Origin: Macrostomum lignano
Taxonomy: Eukaryota
NCBI GenBank assembly: GCA_002269645.1
Contig: NIVC01000577.1
Coordinates: forward strand, 46,460 to 110,459
Length of the DNA: 64,000 nt
Direction: 5' to 3'
This document shows, piece after piece, positions 61,764 to 64,000 of the stretch. The position numbers and the translations under genes are program-made. Within the stretch, counting starts at the first letter, position 1; each line of letters opens with the position of its first letter. The notes beneath the pieces were generated by a model. It was given only the letters and a program-made list of their open reading frames with translations. It was not told the origin of the DNA and searched no databases.

Positions 61764-62376
61764 CCTCACCCAGCTCGTGTGAATTTAAGATTGGTACAGG
61801 CTTGTAAACTGACTAGGCGGTTTGCCGTACAATCCACAGCCATATCATGAGGGCCAGGCTCCAAGGCACAGAGAGTGCACATGCCTGACGATCATGGCAT
61901 GTGTACACCCCGTGTGAGCGTGCGTGCCTGCGTGTTGGAGTATTGGCGCGCTTGCGTGTGCTCAGGAGTCAGAGGAATGGGGCAGAATTGTTTGTAGCTC
62001 TGGCTGTGGGTCGTTGCGCGAGGGTGTCCGCAGCCCTCCTGGGAATATTATTTGCTATTAAACGTACTTTTTCGCTCCAATTGCAATCCAGAAGTCCAGG
62101 ATGCGACAAATCGACAAATAAAGCGATGTGTTTTCAGTGAAGATCGCACAGTGCAAGAGTGTAGCTAATGCAGCCTTCTGCTTTAGTTGTCAATGGTTGA
62201 TGTAGTAGCTAGCATTCCTCTCTTTTTGAATCTGTTGGTAGTAATAGGTATAGCATTTTTACATTTATTTTTGCATGATTTTACTGATTGGATGAGAACT
62301 CACACGAGATATCAGAAGAGCTTTGAACTTACATTACTCTCGTAGCTACAGTTAGTGTACTTTTAGTGTTGCTTAA

Positions 62377-62544
62377 GGGGTTGTAAGCCTAGTGGTTGAG
62401 TGTCGGACTCACGACTGAGAGCTTCAGTTCACCCATCTGTAAACTGAGTGCCAGCATTAGCTGGGGTAGTCGAGGTGTGTGTGGCGACCCCCCAGTCCTT
62501 GGACTGAACAGCCGTACGCAGCCTTCAGATGCGCCGCGCAATAG
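62377..62544 (+). mobile_element. Internally deleted copy of the tRNA/CORE-like SINE
   Basis: GCCTAGTGGTTGAGTGTCGGACTCACGACT...GCTTCAGTTCACCCATCTGTAAACTGAGTGCCAGCATTAGCTGGGGTA...GCAATAG is the reverse complement of the 32035-32277 family, with the B-box region missing. Confidence 0.8.
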
Positions 62545-63114
62545 CTGCGGCTGAGCTGTCGGTTGCACATCTGCCCACTAGGGCAGGTATAATAATAAAA
62601 GTGTACTTCAAAAAATCTCAGAGATCCGACGGTGAGATCTCATCCTACTCTCTTATATAACCGATATGGATATCCGGCGCCACGGATTGGGCCGGCCGCG
62701 AGGCGTTCATTCGCGAACTGGCCTTGAGGTGCACCCTGTGACGCTGAACGCGTATTCTATTGTTGTGTTGTTATAATCGATATCGATTTTCAAACCAAGC
62801 TCGGTGCCTTTCTTTCTATGTACTTTTACTGTACATTTGTGTTTTGCACAATGATCTTTATTTGTTTAAATTCTTGTTCATTACTGTATTTCTTCGGTAG
62901 CATACCATAGTAATACAATAATGTACACTAAGAAACCTTGACGAGATCTCAACGAAAATTAGCATAAGTACATTATCGAGTTAATGGCACTCTCGGAATG
63001 ATTAAATCTATAATCTCCTTTCAGATCTCAACAGAGATCTCATAACCTCCACCCTCTCAGCCTAAATCAAAGATTAGGAATTGACTCTGGCTACTAAACA
63101 ATAATTTGTCTTGA

Positions 63115-63345
63115 TATCCTTGAAATCCCCATGACTGAAATCCCCGTGACTGAACTCCCCGTGACTGGAATCCCGTGACTGAAATCCCCGTGACTGAACT
63201 CCCCGTGACTGAACTCCCCGTGACTGAAATCCCCGTGACTGAACTCCCCGTGACTGAAATCCCCGTGACTGAAATCCCATCATTGAAATCCTGGTGATTG
63301 AAATCCCAAAGACTCAAATCCCTGTGACTGAAAAGCCCCGGCTAA
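63115..63345. repeat. 15-bp AAATCCCCGTGACTG minisatellite
   Basis: Read directly. Confidence 0.9.
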
Positions 63346-63744
63346 GGAACGCTGTGTATGGCCATTGCTCAACCAATCAGGTAAATGTCGAGACCGCACT
63401 AGCAAACACGCACTAGCATGCATACAATTAAAATGGACCTGCTGATGTCGCATCAGATTGAAGCTAATTGCTGGATGAGGACGCTTACTAGGCACACGAT
63501 AACTGCGTAAGTGACTGTCAATCTGGAGTAATTACTTCGCTCCTAAATCGTTGCTAAAATTATAGTCCAATTTTTCAGACACGTACTACAGTGATTCTCG
63601 TAGGAACTCTACCGTGACTTTTACTTAGAAAGTGGATTTGTATGAAACTTAACATGAAAAGGTTTTACCAAGGTTATAGATTGCGTAACCTTGGCTTCTG
63701 CTACATAGGTCTGTTTCTAAAAGCAATTCAGAGATAGCTTGCGT

Positions 63745-64000
63745 CCCCCCTTTAGCTGGCGCCCCCTCTGTAGCTGGCGCCCCCTTTGTAGCTGGCGCCC
63801 CCTCTGTAGCTTGCGCCCCCTCTGTAGCTGGCGCCCCCTCTGTAGCTGGCGCCCCCTTTGTAGCTTGCGCCCCCTCTGTAGCTGGCGCCCCCTCTGTAGC
63901 TGGCACCCCTCTGTAGCTGCGCCCCCTCTGTAGCTGGCGCCCCCTTTGTAGCTGGCACCCCCTCTGTAGCTGGCGCCCCCTCTGTAGCTGGCACCCCCTC
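63745..64000. repeat. 18-bp GCTGGCGCCCCCTCTGTA minisatellite running off the window end
   Basis: Read directly. Confidence 0.93.

Noticed and set aside
62610-63050. Clustered GAGATCTC palindromes suggesting MITE ends
   Set aside because: I could not define matching termini or a target-site duplication.

Overview
This is animal (metazoan) genomic DNA, not prokaryotic. It has spliced GT-AG genes with mostly GC-rich exons and introns packed with distinct tandem repeats. That style suggests a repeat-rich invertebrate such as the flatworm Macrostomum, which is an inference and was not tested. I assembled gene models by hand from splice sites and frame continuity; family calls come from remembered motifs, not database searches. 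Genes found: (1) an RGS-domain gene, + strand, about 12.4-22.5 kb; (2) a small two-exon orphan gene, - strand, 25.2-26.4 kb; (3) a complete 13-exon ELAPOR/KIAA1324 (EIG121) homolog, - strand, 41633-29273, about 1064 aa; (4) head-to-head with it, a 9-exon kizuna (KIZ) homolog, + strand, 42182-53769, about 745 aa. KIZ intron 1 holds a same-strand intronless 224-aa orphan ORF, and KIZ intron 7 holds an antisense caveolin gene; (5) a two-exon divergent class C (mGluR-like) GPCR, - strand, 59624-55549, 841 aa. Mobile DNA includes a hAT-type MITE with an 8-bp TSD and a second older copy, two mariner derivatives, and three copies of a tRNA-headed CORE-like SINE. About 35 micro- and minisatellite arrays are present, including a telomere-like CTAGGG tract. 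Most long ORFs in the supplied track are repeat artefacts. No CRISPR array, rRNA or true tRNA gene was seen. I found no clearly new biological system. The most notable items are the doubly nested KIZ locus, the inverted arrays flanking the KIZ last exon, intronic arrays made of splice-signal-like or TF-site-like words, and the GPCR with an altered ligand pocket.
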